NCBI RefSeq assembly: GCF_044704955.1 | Contig: NC_091999.1 | Location: forward strand, 23,808,001-23,872,000 | Source: Pristiophorus japonicus | Taxonomy: Eukaryota | Length of the DNA: 64,000 nt | Reading direction: 5' to 3' | Shown: in pieces, positions 23,820 to 35,770 of the stretch | Layout: each line of letters opens with the position of its first letter | How positions within the stretch are numbered: the stretch's first letter is position 1 | Translations under genes and position numbers: made by a program | The notes under the pieces: model-generated | Seen by the model: the letters and a program-made list of their open reading frames with translations, nothing else | The model's database searches: none | Told to the model about the DNA's origin: nothing

Positions 23820-26712
23820 ATACGGAGAGAGAGAGAAGCAATGGGAAATCAGATAGAGAAACACTGCGACATTCAGAATTAGAGGGAAAACGATAGGTAT
23901 TTAGATAGAGAGACACTGAGAGTCAGACAGGGAGAAAAACAGGAGTGATCAGATAGAGAGACACGGAGACAGTCAGACAGGGAGAAGATCAGGCGTAGTC
24001 AGATAGTAAGACATTGAGGTAATCTGACAATGAGACAGAAACAGTGGGTGATCATACAGAGAGAAACTGAAACAGTCAGGCACAGACAGTAACAGGGTGT
24101 AATCATAGAGCGAGAGACATTGACATAGTCAGACACACAGAGAACAGGGACTAATCAGAGAGGGCAACAATGTGACAATCAGACAGAGATAGAGAGAGAG
24201 AGGAGTAATCAGATAGAGACACGCTGAGGCAGTTAGATTCAGAGAGCCAGTCGCAAATATTAATCAGATAGGGAGACACTGAAATAGCCAGACAGAGAGT
24301 GAGAAGCAGGGAGTAATGAGATAGAGATATACTGCGACAGTCATACAGAGATAGAAACAAGGGGCAATCATATAGAATCTCACTGAGACACAGTCGGACA
24401 GAGAGCGAGAGAGACGCAGGATGTATTCAGGTAGANNNNNNNNNNNNNNNNNNNNNNNNNNNNNNNNNNNNNNNNNNNNNNNNNNNNNNNNNNNNNNNNN
24501 NNNNNNNNNNNNNNNNNNNNNNNNNNNNNNNNNNNNNNNNNNNNNNNNNNNNNNNNNNNNNNNNNNNNNNNNNNNNNNNNNNNNNNNNNNNNNNNNNNNN
24601 NNNNNNNNNNNNNNNNNNNNNNNNNNNNNNNNNNNNNNNNNNNNNNNNNNNNNNNNNNNNTATACACTGGGAATGGCAGACATAGAAAGAGACTCTGAGA
24701 TACAGACAGAGAGAGAAAAACGGGTTAATCAGATGGATTGTAACTGAGACAGTCAAACAGCGTGAAGCACGGAGTAATCAGTTAGAGAGACTCTGACACT
24801 GTGAGCCCGAATGATAAACAGGGATAATCAAATAGAGAAATACTGAGACAGACAGACACAGAGAGACACAGTAGTAAATTAGATAGGTTTACAGCCAATC
24901 ATAGAAATATAGAAAATAGTTGCAAGATTAGACCATTCGGCCCTTCGAGCCTGCACCGCCATTCAATACGATTATGACTGATCATTCCCTCAGTACCCTT
25001 TTCCTGCTTTCTATCCATACCCCTTGATCCCCTTAACCGGAAGGGCCATATCGAACTCCCTGTTGAATATATCCAATGAACTGGCATCAACAACTCTCTG
25101 CGGCAGGGAATTCCATCGTTTAATAACTCTCTGAGTGAAGAAGTTTTTCCTAAATGGCTTACCCGTTATCCTAAGACTACGTCCCCTGGTTCCGGTCTTC
25201 CCCAACATTGGGAACATTCTTCCTGCATCTTAGCTGTACAGTACCGTCAAAATCTTATACGTTTCTATGAGATCCCCTCCCATCCTCCTAAAGTCCAGTG
25301 AATAAAGGCCCAGTTGATCTTGTCTCTTCTCGTATGACATTAATGACAGAAGGAGGCGTTAATTGAATAGAGAAACACCGAGACAATCAGACACAGATAG
25401 AGAGAAACAGGGGTTAATCAGATAGTGAGACAGTGAGTCAGGCCGAGAGGGAGAAGCAGGTAATATTCAGATAGAGAGATATTTTGACAGAGAGAGAGAG
25501 AAAAATGGTCAATCAGAAAGATAGGTACTGTGGTAACAGACACAGAGAGAGAGAAGGAGGGAGTATTCAGAAAGAGACGCTGAGACTGTCAGACACAGAG
25601 AGAAAAACAGATGAATCAAATGGAGTGAAACTGCGACAGACAGAGATAAAATCAGGGAGTGATCAGATTGTGAGACTCTGAGACAAAAAGACCGGAAGAC
25701 AAACAGTGTTAATCATACATAGATATACTGAGACAGACAGGTAGACAGACGAGCAGCGGTAAATTAGATAGTGACACTGAGAGAATCAGATACTACGAGA
25801 AAGAACCAGGGGTTAATCGAATAGAGATATTGAGATAATCAGACAGAGAGAGGGAGAACAGGGGAAATCAGACAAATACATTTCGCTACAGTCAGGAGGA
25901 TAGAGAAACAGGAGGTAATCAGATAGAGGCAGTGAGACAGTCAGACAGAGAGGGTGAAGCAGGTAATATTCAGATAGAAAGATATTTTGACAGACAGACA
26001 GAAAGAGAAACAGGGGATAATGAGAAAGTGAGGTACTGAGGTAACAGACACACAGAAAGAGAAGGATGGAGTATTTAGATAGGGACACTGATAGTGTCAG
26101 ACACAAAGAGAAAAACAGATTAATCAAATGGAATGAAACGGCACAGTCAGGGAGATAAAATCAGGCACTGATCAGATATGGAGACTCTGAGACAGAAAGA
26201 CCGAAAGACAAACAACGTTAATCATATAGAGAGATACTGAGACCGAATTACAGAGAGAGAAACAGGGGTAAATTAGATAGAGTGAGACTCAGACAATCAG
26301 ATACTACGAGACAGAAGCAGACGTTAATCGAATAGAGATACATTGAGACAATCAGGCAGAGAGATAGAGAGAACAGGGGTAATCAGATAAAGAAATTTCG
26401 ATACAGTCAGGAAGATAGAGAAACAGGGGTAATCAGATGGAGACAGTGAGACAGTCAGACAGAAAGGGAGAAGCAGGTATTATTCAGATAGAGATACATT
26501 TTGACAGACAGACAGAGAGAGAAATAGGGGGTAATCAGACAGAAAGAAAGACAGAGGCTGTCAGACAGAGAGATAACAGGAATTCGTCAGGTAGGAAGAC
26601 AATGAGGCAACAGACAGTGAAAGAGAAATACGGGTAATCTGATCGATATAGACTGATGTAGTCTGAAACAGAGAGATCACAGATGTTAATCAGAAATTGA
26701 GACAGACAGACA

Positions 26713-26768
<56 letters not shown>

Positions 26769-27600
26769 GAGAGAGAGTGAGTGAGAGAGAGAGAAGCATG
26801 GGGTAAACAGATGGATAGACATTGAAACACATAGACGGGGAAAGAGAGAGGGGTTAATCAGATAAATAAATACTGGGACAGTCAGAAAGAGAGCAACGTA
26901 GGGTAAGCAGATAGAGAGACACTGAGATAATCAGACAGAGGGAGTGAAACAGGAGGTAATCAGATCGACAGACACTGAGACAGTCAGAGAGAGCGAATGA
27001 GATAAGGGGTAATCAGACAGAGAGACAGTGAGAAAGTCAGGAGTGAAAAAAACAGGGCGTGATCAGATAGATAGACAACGATAATTCAGAAATAGGGAGA
27101 AAACAGGGTTTAAACTGATAGAGAGACATTGAGAAAATCAGGCACAGGGTAAAGCAGGGCTTATGAGATACTGAGCGAGATAGAGAGATAGAGAGACCGC
27201 TATGGAGAGAGACAGAGATAGAAAGAGGTATATAGATAGAGAGATNNNNNNNNNNNNNNNNNNNNNNNNNNNNNNNNNNNNNNNNNNNNNNNNNNNNNNN
27301 NNNNNNNNNNNNNNNNNNNNNNNNNNNNNNNNNNNNNNNNNNNNNNNNNNNNNNNNNNNNNNNNNNNNNNNNNNNNNNNNNNNNNNNNNNNNNNNNNNAT
27401 AAGACAGACACAGGGATAAAGAGATACAGAGTGATTCAGAGAAACAGAGAGAAAGAGAAAGGGAGAGCGAGAGTTGAAGGGAGAGATAGAGAGAAAGTCA
27501 GACTGTCAGAGATACAGATATGTATAGACATATATATATATATAGAGTGATACAAATTATACAGAGGTAAAGAAATCGAGAGAGATAAAGAGAGACTGTA
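23820..27600. repeat. GA-rich degenerate minisatellite (~45-50-bp unit) with gaps and an inserted CR1 tail
   Basis: Recurring AATCAGATAGAGAGACACTGAGACAGTCAGACAGAGAGAGAAACAGGGGT; N gaps at 24436-24660 and 27246-27398. Confidence 0.85.
24900..25340 (-). mobile_element. CR1 3' fragment
   Basis: TAGAAA tail; MFPMLGKTGTRGRSLRI...FFTQRVIKRWNSLP. Confidence 0.85.
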
Positions 27601-28718
27601 AGGGGATAAAATACCATCACTAAAGTGGGAGTGGACAGACGGACAGATGGTCACTAAAGTGGCTACTGAAGGTAGTGAATTGATCTAACACATGGTCTAG
27701 ATTGTAGGCCTTATCAGTATTAGGAGGTTCTGAGGAATCAGGAGTTCCTCTGTCTTACGGTAGGGATTATAATATATATTAAATTGACCGGTTGTATGAA
27801 AAACTCACTTATGTATGTACAGCACGCTTATACTCTCGCTTTTTATGGGTTTTCAGTCGCGGAAACAGCAAATTGTGCTTCACAATAAAGACTGAGGGAA
27901 ACATACATTCAGTACAGAATAACACATCCATCAAAGTCAGTGGAGAATTAACAGTTTGAAACAAGATTGGACAGCCTCTCAATCTCATGAGATTCTTAAG
28001 GGAACTCGAACATTTTCACTAGAATTCTCTTGGGAACAGGATAAGAAAGTATGTATTTGGGAACAAGATAGCAAATCCTGGGAAGCAATTTCAATTCACA
28101 CTTCATGAGGAATTGAGGCAAATTTGACACCACAGAATAACACATTCCAGAAGAGTGACATGTGATGCAAGATGGAGAGGTGGGGAAGCACTACTCAGAG
28201 CCAGTCTGACAAGGGTCGACACATCAATGTAAGTTCGTTGATAGCAGTATGCCAATCGATATTTTTTTTAAGACGGGCGCACACCTCTAAAATTGTAGAA
28301 GTGTGTTTGCAAAACCTCTGTTCTGGGAAGGTCCATCCATGAAAACTTCCCCTGCATGCTTGAATACAAACCAGTTGAAACGAAGTTTCGTCTGAGTGAT
28401 TCTGTGGTCGCTATACGGGCGGGTAGGTGTCGATTCCTTACATCAGGGAGTCCACCTTGAGTAAGAGAAGTTTTCCTTCTACAGCAACAGAGACAATGAT
28501 ACAAAGAGGTTGAGAGATACAGCGATTGAGCAAGCGGTACAGGGAGCGAGAAAAAGAGATAAAGAAAGAGAGAGCGAGAAAGATACATAGATAGATAGAC
28601 TGATACAGAGATACAGAGAGAGATAGAGAGATGGAAAGAGAGAGATAGAGAGAGAAAGAGAAAGGTACATAGATAGAGAGACTGATACAGAGATAATGAG
28701 AGACAGAGAGCAATGTAA

Positions 28719-28757
<39 letters not shown>

Positions 28758-29144
28758 CATGATTGTGCTTCTTGATAAAGATCTTCACTCCAAACTCAGT
28801 ATCATGATTTCAATCCTGTCTTCTGACGCTGATTCGTCCTGTTTTTTTGAATGGACAATGAAAGGTTGACAATGTTATAAAACCCATCAGCACCTGTCAG
28901 TATGTGCTAGAAGCTTTGTTTTCCACTTATGGTTTGCAGAGATCTGTTCCCGAGGTGCCATTCAGGTATTTGTTTCCAGTTGCTCTCCTGTTTACACTGA
29001 GGGTAGGCTTTGCGCAATGCATTGAGCTGTGTGCATGTGTTACTGGCATTTATGAAATTGCAAGTGTGGGTCCAGCCTCCATTGCTTGAGTGTTGTTTAT
29101 TCTGATAACATGATGCCTTTTACTTGCTTATGTTCCTTATAAAG

Positions 29145-29457
29145 TCCAGTGAGGAAATAGTGTCCGTGTTTCAGGACCCACCGAGTAACACCTTGGGTGA
29201 CGGGCAAAGTTTCACTTTGAAGTGTAATTATGCGACATCACCTCCTCACCCTTCATTTTTTCTCATGCATTCAGCAGCCAGAGGCAAATCCGCAATAAAT
29301 ACTGCAAAGCTCGATCTGGAAATAATGTAACTGCCTTTGGGAAGTGTCTGCTGTAGTTACATTAGACAATGCCATAGGAACGGTTCCTTTAAACATTCAA
29401 TATTGCCAGGTGTCTGACAGCGTCATTTATTACTGTTCACTTGCTCTGTGCACAATG
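29145..29457 (+). pseudogene. TCR alpha/delta-type V segment 4, with RSS heptamer only
   Basis: SSEEIVSVFQDPPSNTLGDGQSFTLKCNYATSPPHPSFF / ..IQQPEANPQ*IL.. / VVTLDNAIGTVPLNIQYCQVSDSVIYYCSL. CACAATG at 29451-29457 with no recognisable nonamer. Possible decayed leader at 28902-28965. Confidence 0.8.
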
Positions 29458-30109
29458 TGCATGGTTGAAAGCCGGCTTTTCCCATCTGTCAAGCTCCAAC
29501 TTGACAGATCCTCCACATCTCAGCAGCCAGCACATTCGCATGGGCAAGATTGCAAATGTCCTGAAAACTTGAAGCTGATAAAAGCAGGTGCAAAGCCTTC
29601 TTTTATAGGCATAAGAGTTTTAAATCATGAAACTCATAGAAAAATAAAATTTAAAATACATTTTTTGTTAAAAGCCCTGCCCACTGAGGTAAGTTTATTT
29701 TAAACCGGAAATAAAAAAAACTTTTTTTTAAATTGGAAAGATTTTTTTATTGGACAAAAATAGCTTTAATTTAAATAAATATAAAATATGTGGTGTATTT
29801 TTTCTTTTTTTTCTTTTTGTTTTGATGTTTGGCGGGTGTGTTTCTCAATCAAAATAACCGGAAATCCAACTTATAGAGTTCCCGTTATTTTAAATGAGAA
29901 AATATTGTACCTTGATTGGCTGCCCAGGGCCATGTGATTCCAGCTCAAGCTTATGGACGTTGAGACGTGCACGCCTCTGCTGCACAGCGTGGAGGCCTCA
30001 GGCCTGAATTGATGGTAGTCGCAGCAATTGCAGGTAGTTGTGCAACTTTAAAAATTTTTTAGTCGATCGCCTTCGGGAAGACCTCGACTGGGATTTCTAG
30101 GCCATTGTT

Positions 30110-31699
30110 AAACATAGAAACATAGAAACATAGAAAATAGGTGCAGGAGTAGGCCATTCGGCCCTCCAACCTGCACCGCCATTCAATGAGTTCATGGCTG
30201 AATATTCAACTTCAGGACCCCATTCCTGCTTTCTCGCCATACCCCTTGATCCCCCTCGTAGTAAGGACCTCATATTACTCCTTTTTGAATATATTTAGTG
30301 AATTGGCCTCAACAACTTTCTGTGGTAGAGAATTCCAAAGGTTCACCACTCTCTGGGTGAAGAAGTTCCTCTGCATCTCGGTCCTAAATGGCTTACCCCT
30401 TATCCTTAGACTGTGACCTTTGGTTCTGGACTTCCCCAACATTGGGAACATTCTTCCTGCATCTAACCTGTCTAACCCCGTCAGAATTTTAAATGTTTCC
30501 ATGAGGTCCCCTCTCATTCTTCTGAACTCCAGTGAATACAAGCCCAGTTGATCCAGTCTTTCTTGATAGGACAGTCCCGCCATCCCGGGAATCAGTCTGG
30601 TGAACCTTCGCTGCACTCCCTCAATAGCAAGAATGTCCTTCCTCAGGTTAGGAGACCAAAACTGTACCCAATACTCCAGGTGTGGCCTCACCAATGCCCT
30701 GTACAACTGTAGCAACACCTCCCTGCCCCTGTAATCAAATCCCCTTGCTATGAAGGCCAAGATGCCATTTGCTTTCTTAACCGCCTGCTGCACCTGCATG
30801 CCAACCTTCAATGACTGATGTACCATGACACCCTGGTCTCTTTGCACCTGCTCTTTTCCTAATCTGTCACCATTCAGATAATAGTCTGTCTCTCTGTTTT
30901 TACCACCAAAGTGGATAACCTCACATTTATCCACATTATACTTCATCTGCCATGCATTTGCCCACTCACCTAACCTATCCAAGTCGCTCTGCAGCCTCAC
31001 AGCATCCTCCTCGCAGCTCACACTGCCACCCAACTTAGTGTTATCCGCAAATTTGGAGATACTACATTTAATCCCCTCATCTAAATCATTAATGTACAGT
31101 GTAAACAGCTGGGGCCCCAGCAAAGAACCTTGCGGTACCCCACTAGTCACTGCCTGCCATTCTGAAAAGTACCCATTTACTCCTACTCTTTGCTTCCTGT
31201 CTGACAACCAGTTCTCAATCCATGTCAGTACATTACCCCCAATCCCATGTGCTCTAACTTTGCACATCAATCTCTTGTGTGGGACCTTGTCGAACGCCTT
31301 CTGAAAGTCCAAATATACCACATCAACTGGTTTTCCCTTATCCACTCTACTGGAAACATCCTCAAAAAATTTCAGAAGATTTGTCAAGCATGATTTCCCT
31401 TTCACAAATCCATGCTGACTTGGACCTATCATGTCACCTCTTTCCAAATGCACTGCTATGATATCCTTAATAATTGATTCCATCATTTTACCCACTTCCG
31501 ATATCAGGCTGACCGGTCTATAATTCCCTGTTTTCTCTCTCCCTCCTTTTTTAAAAAGTGGGGTTACATTGGCTACCCTCCACTCCATAGGAACTGATCC
31601 AGAGTAAATGGAATGTTGGTAAATGACTGTCAACGCATCCACTATTTCCAAGGCCACCTCCTTAAGTACTCTGGGATGCAGTCCATCAGGCCCTGGGGA
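30110..31699 (-). mobile_element. young 5'-truncated CR1 with uninterrupted RT coding region
   Basis: ORF 30275-31753 (492 aa; first ~18 aa from flank) has SPGPDGLHPRVLKE...[13 protein letters not shown]...KFADNTK...WNSLPQKVVEA; (TAGAAACA)n tail; very similar to the copy at 13899-15480. Confidence 0.95.
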
Positions 31700-32089
31700 A
31701 TGTAAAGATTGCAGTTGCGACTGTGTTTGCTGACAGACATTTCGATGTATCACATGGTCGAGACCGTGGCTGTGACTGTATCAAAACCTAATGTGCAGCG
31801 TCAGGAAAACATTGTGCCAATTTGGAACAGTAATAGGAGGGCAGACCTTCCAATGATGAAGTTTCTTCTTGAGAACTTAACTTTGGTATTTTTTGCCCAG
31901 GAGCGCACACTTTAATAGGTTTAAAGTCCATGTTAAGAAAATACACAAAGGAATTTATTACACATTTGTTCGTGTTCCTTTGTGAACTTTACTGACCTGA
32001 CGATTTGCCAGATCATTTTGCATTATCCTTTGATTTCCACAGGGTTAAAATGGAGAAGGAAGTGGCCTCGTGTCAGACCGAGAGATTAA

Positions 32090-32515
32090 ATCTTGAGTAG
32101 AGTGGGCCTATATTCTCTGGAGTTTAGAGGAATTAGGTGATCCCATTGAAACGGGGACAATTTTAACAGGGCTTGGCAGCGTCGATGATAAGAGGATGAT
32201 TACCCGCGCTGGAAATTCTAGGACTAGGGGTGATAGACCCAGCATAACTGGTCGGCCATTTAGGACTGAGATGAGGAGGGATTACTTACTCAGAGGATGG
32301 TGAATATTTGAAATTTTTATCTTCCCGGGGGCTGCGGAGGCTCAGTCGTTGTATATTCGAGACAGAGCTCAATAGACTTTTGGGCTCAAAACGAATATGG
32401 GAATGGGAAGTGGAGATGATGTACTAGTTCAGCCATGACCTTATTGACCAGCAAATGAGGCTGGAAGGGCCACATGACCTACACCTGCACATATTTCTTA
32501 CGTTCTTATGTTCTT
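32090..32515 (+). mobile_element. old CR1 3' fragment
   Basis: LGLYSLEFR-like DNA, TTTAGGACTGAGATGAGGAG, and TTCTTATGTTCTT tail. Confidence 0.75.
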
Positions 32516-32706
32516 AAGGGGAAAATAGTCACGGACGAAGGGGACAGTCTTGAAGGGAGCGGTAGTGCAAAGCTGGCAATAGCGAATCGGCTGCACATTT
32601 TACAAGGCCGACAAAGACCAATGTCATGACAGAATGTCAGGCCGAAGAAAAGAAAGACACCAATATATAATCCGAGTAGTAATTGAAGCCGACTCTTAAA
32701 GCTTTT

Positions 32707-33614
32707 CTAGTTTACTAAATTTACAATTCGATTGCAAAAATATTTTGCCGCATGCTTTAACTTCTCCCTAAATTTTTTCTGTGTCACTGTATAAATACAC
32801 GTGTTGGTGCAGCAACTTCGGAGCTGGAGCATGTTTCTACTTTCCTGGCGAATGAAATTGGGTTCATTGAAATTGGAACCTGCGAAATAAGATCCGTTTG
32901 TAATTTTCACATACAAGAAATCTACAACATACGTCATCCATAACAGGATTAAACTGCCCGAGACGGTGAAGAGTAAAATGATGGACTTTCTCCGGCTTTC
33001 CATCTCTGGGTCACTCTCGTTCTTTCCATTGATGTGGGTCCGGAGCCTCCTGCGGGCTCTGTTGGCTGCTACAATGTGTCTGACGGTCAGAGCATTCAGC
33101 AGCAAGATCAGGAAGAATGGGAGGCCTGTATTGAAAAGACGAGCAAACCAATCATACGCTATCCACACGAGTGAAGTGTAGAAGGTTGATTTAATATTTC
33201 AAAACTACGGGAACTTGTTGATTATATAGAGCGGTTCGTATATAAAGTACCAAGGAACGCTTTTTAAACAGCTCATTAAACAGACCGTTCCTATAACCAC
33301 AGCCGCTGTTTTCTCAATGCAATAATTTGTTTTCAGCTTCTGGCAACAAATGGCTACAAATCGATCAAAGGTGAAAGCGACCGTTAACCAGACCGAACTC
33401 TCCGTGGCTGCATAAATTACCACAGGACTAAGAGTACACGCCGGGGTCAGGGACAAAAAACTACCTGGAAAATAAATGCCACAAATCCGATTGAATATCA
33501 CAGCTGTGATAATGACCAGAAGATCCGTCACCGCTATGGACACAAGGTACCGAGTGGTACATCTGGAGAGACCGCACCTTCCTTGGGACAGGATCACAAT
33601 TGCCACTAAATTAA
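32707..33614 (-). pseudogene. Class A GPCR, GPR139/GPR142-like family, main coding exon
   Basis: Acceptor ttcttcttagtctcag|. VNLVAIVILSQGRCGLSRCTTRYLVSIAVTDLLVII...SVWLTVAFTFDRFVAICCQKLK...LPFFLILLLNALTV...DPEMESRRKSIILLFTVSGSLILLW...SCCTNTCIY. Two in-frame stops (P*F*N) near 33199-33207. Short first exon not located. Confidence 0.88.
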
Positions 33615-34657
33615 CTGAGACTAAGAAGAAAGTTAACATTGGGAAGCTACCAGTCAAAGTCTCAGCAAACACATAAGTGTGACAGTTATTCTGTGACATT
33701 TTGAGACTTCATCCAACCACAGCAGAACACCGTTTACAAAAGATACCCCAAAAATTATTAGTGCGTTTCCAGTGTCACCTGTATCTCGACATTTTTCCCG
33801 ATAATTAGTTGTCAACTGTAGGATACAGTATAATGTAACAGGAAAGTAACTTAAAATACAATCGTCAGTATTAATAAGTTGGTATTATGAGAATGTATTA
33901 TTTGATAGAGCCGACCACGGTTTAGATGAGACCATTGGGATACTACAAGAGAATACTCAGTAAGCAGGAGGATTCATGTTAATGCAATTTAAGGAGCATC
34001 AAAGGGTATGTGTAAGTTTTCTCGCTTGTTTGGAGCTAACACGCCTCCAAACTGTTCTCGATTTTGTTGACTTCTGATCTTTATAACCAAACAAACTCTA
34101 TATATTCTACATAAACACAACTATAACCCCAGCGAGACTGGAGTGTCTATGGTGCCACATTTCCATTTACAGGTGATGTGGCACATGACAACAGAAACAC
34201 GACATGAGAATAATCTCAGAATTGATAGGTTCAGAGCGACTGATCTCACATCTAGGTGCATAAATCGGCGAAAGCTCACGGAGCGAAATTGCCCTGCACC
34301 CTGATTGGGGTGGTAACCAGCTGGGGTTGGGACATCCTGCGCCCAGTATGGAAGTCCCGCCCCGGTTGCAGAATTTGGCTTATTGCCGCTCAAATGAAGT
34401 GGAGTGCAAACTCGCGCGTTCCACTTATTTTAGTGGCGGTACCAGCTGCGCTAACAGGGTGAGTAGTGCAGTGCTACACAGATGCTCCACATAACGCTGC
34501 TGCGGTTTAATGCCCCTACCCTTCGCCTAAAGGGGCGGGCCTCTGTGCACTTTTCACGCATCTGGTGGTCTCCACTAAACAACCAGGACTGCGTGGTACC
34601 GGCCCTGCAGCCCGGCACCCAAAAGAGAATAACGGGCTCCACGATGGTGGCTAGGAC

Positions 34658-35770
34658 CATGAGAACATAAGAACATAAAAAATAGGAACAGAAGTAGGTT
34701 ATACGGCCCCTCGAGCCTGCATTGTCATTCAATAAGTTCATGGCTCATCTGATGATGGACTCAACTCCACATCCCCACCCGCTCCCCATAACCCCTTAGC
34801 CCCTTATCGTTTAAGAAACTGTCTATTTCTGATTTACAATTATTCACTATCCCAGCTTCCACAGCTCCCTGAGGCAGCGAAGTCCATAGATTTACAACCC
34901 TCTGAGAGAATAAATTCCTCCTCATCTTTGTTTTAAATGGGCGGCCCCTTATTCTAAGATCATACCCCCTAGTTCTAGTCTCCCCCATCAGTGGAAACAG
35001 TCTCTCTCCATGCATTTTGTCAAACACGATCATAATCTTATACGTTTCGATAAGATCACCTCTCCTTCTTTTGAACTCCATAGAATATAGGGCCAACCTT
35101 CTCAGCCTTTCCTCATAAATCAACTCCAGAATTCTCGGAAGCAACCTAGTGAAACTTCTCTGAACTGCCTGCAAAGCAATGATACCCTTGCGTATATATG
35201 GAAACCAAATCTGCACACAGTGTTCCAGGGGAGGCCTCACCAAAACGTTTTTATAGCTGTAGCAAGCCTTCCCTGTCTTTATACTCCATCCCCTTTGCAA
35301 TAAAGCCCAAGATACCATTGGCCTTACTGATCACTTGCTGTACCTGCGTACTATCCTTTTGTATTTAATGTTCAATTACGCCCAGGTCCCGCAGTACTGC
35401 GGCACTTTGCAATCTTTTGCCATTCAAATAATGACTTGCTCTTTGATTTTTTTATGCCAAACTGTCTCACACTTTCGAACATTTTACTCCATCTGCCAAA
35501 TTTTTTGCCCACTCACTTCGCAGTTCAATGTTCTTTTGCAGATTTTTTGTATCCCACTCACACATTTGTTTTCCTCTCATCTTTTTATCGTCAGCAAACG
35601 TGGCTACGTAACACTCAGTCCTTTCTTTCAAGTCATTAATATAGATTGTAAATAGTTGGGGTCCCAGCCTGATCCCTGCGGCACCCCACTAGTTACTGGT
35701 TGCCAACCAGAGAATGAACCATTCATCCCGACACTCTGTTCTCTGCTGGTTAGCCAATCCTCTTTACATG
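34658..35770 (-). mobile_element. CR1 LINE, 5'-truncated
   Basis: (AGAACATA)n tail; LVRPPLEHCVQIW...LWTSLPQGAVEA. Confidence 0.9.

Noticed and set aside
24264-24756. ORFs spanning N runs (also 27037-27411 and 59490-60008)
   Set aside because: Artefacts of assembly gaps.
31719-31790. GACTGTG followed by FDV...TVAVTVS, JH-like
   Set aside because: Needs frameshifts, and lacks WGxG, a nonamer and a donor; likely chance.
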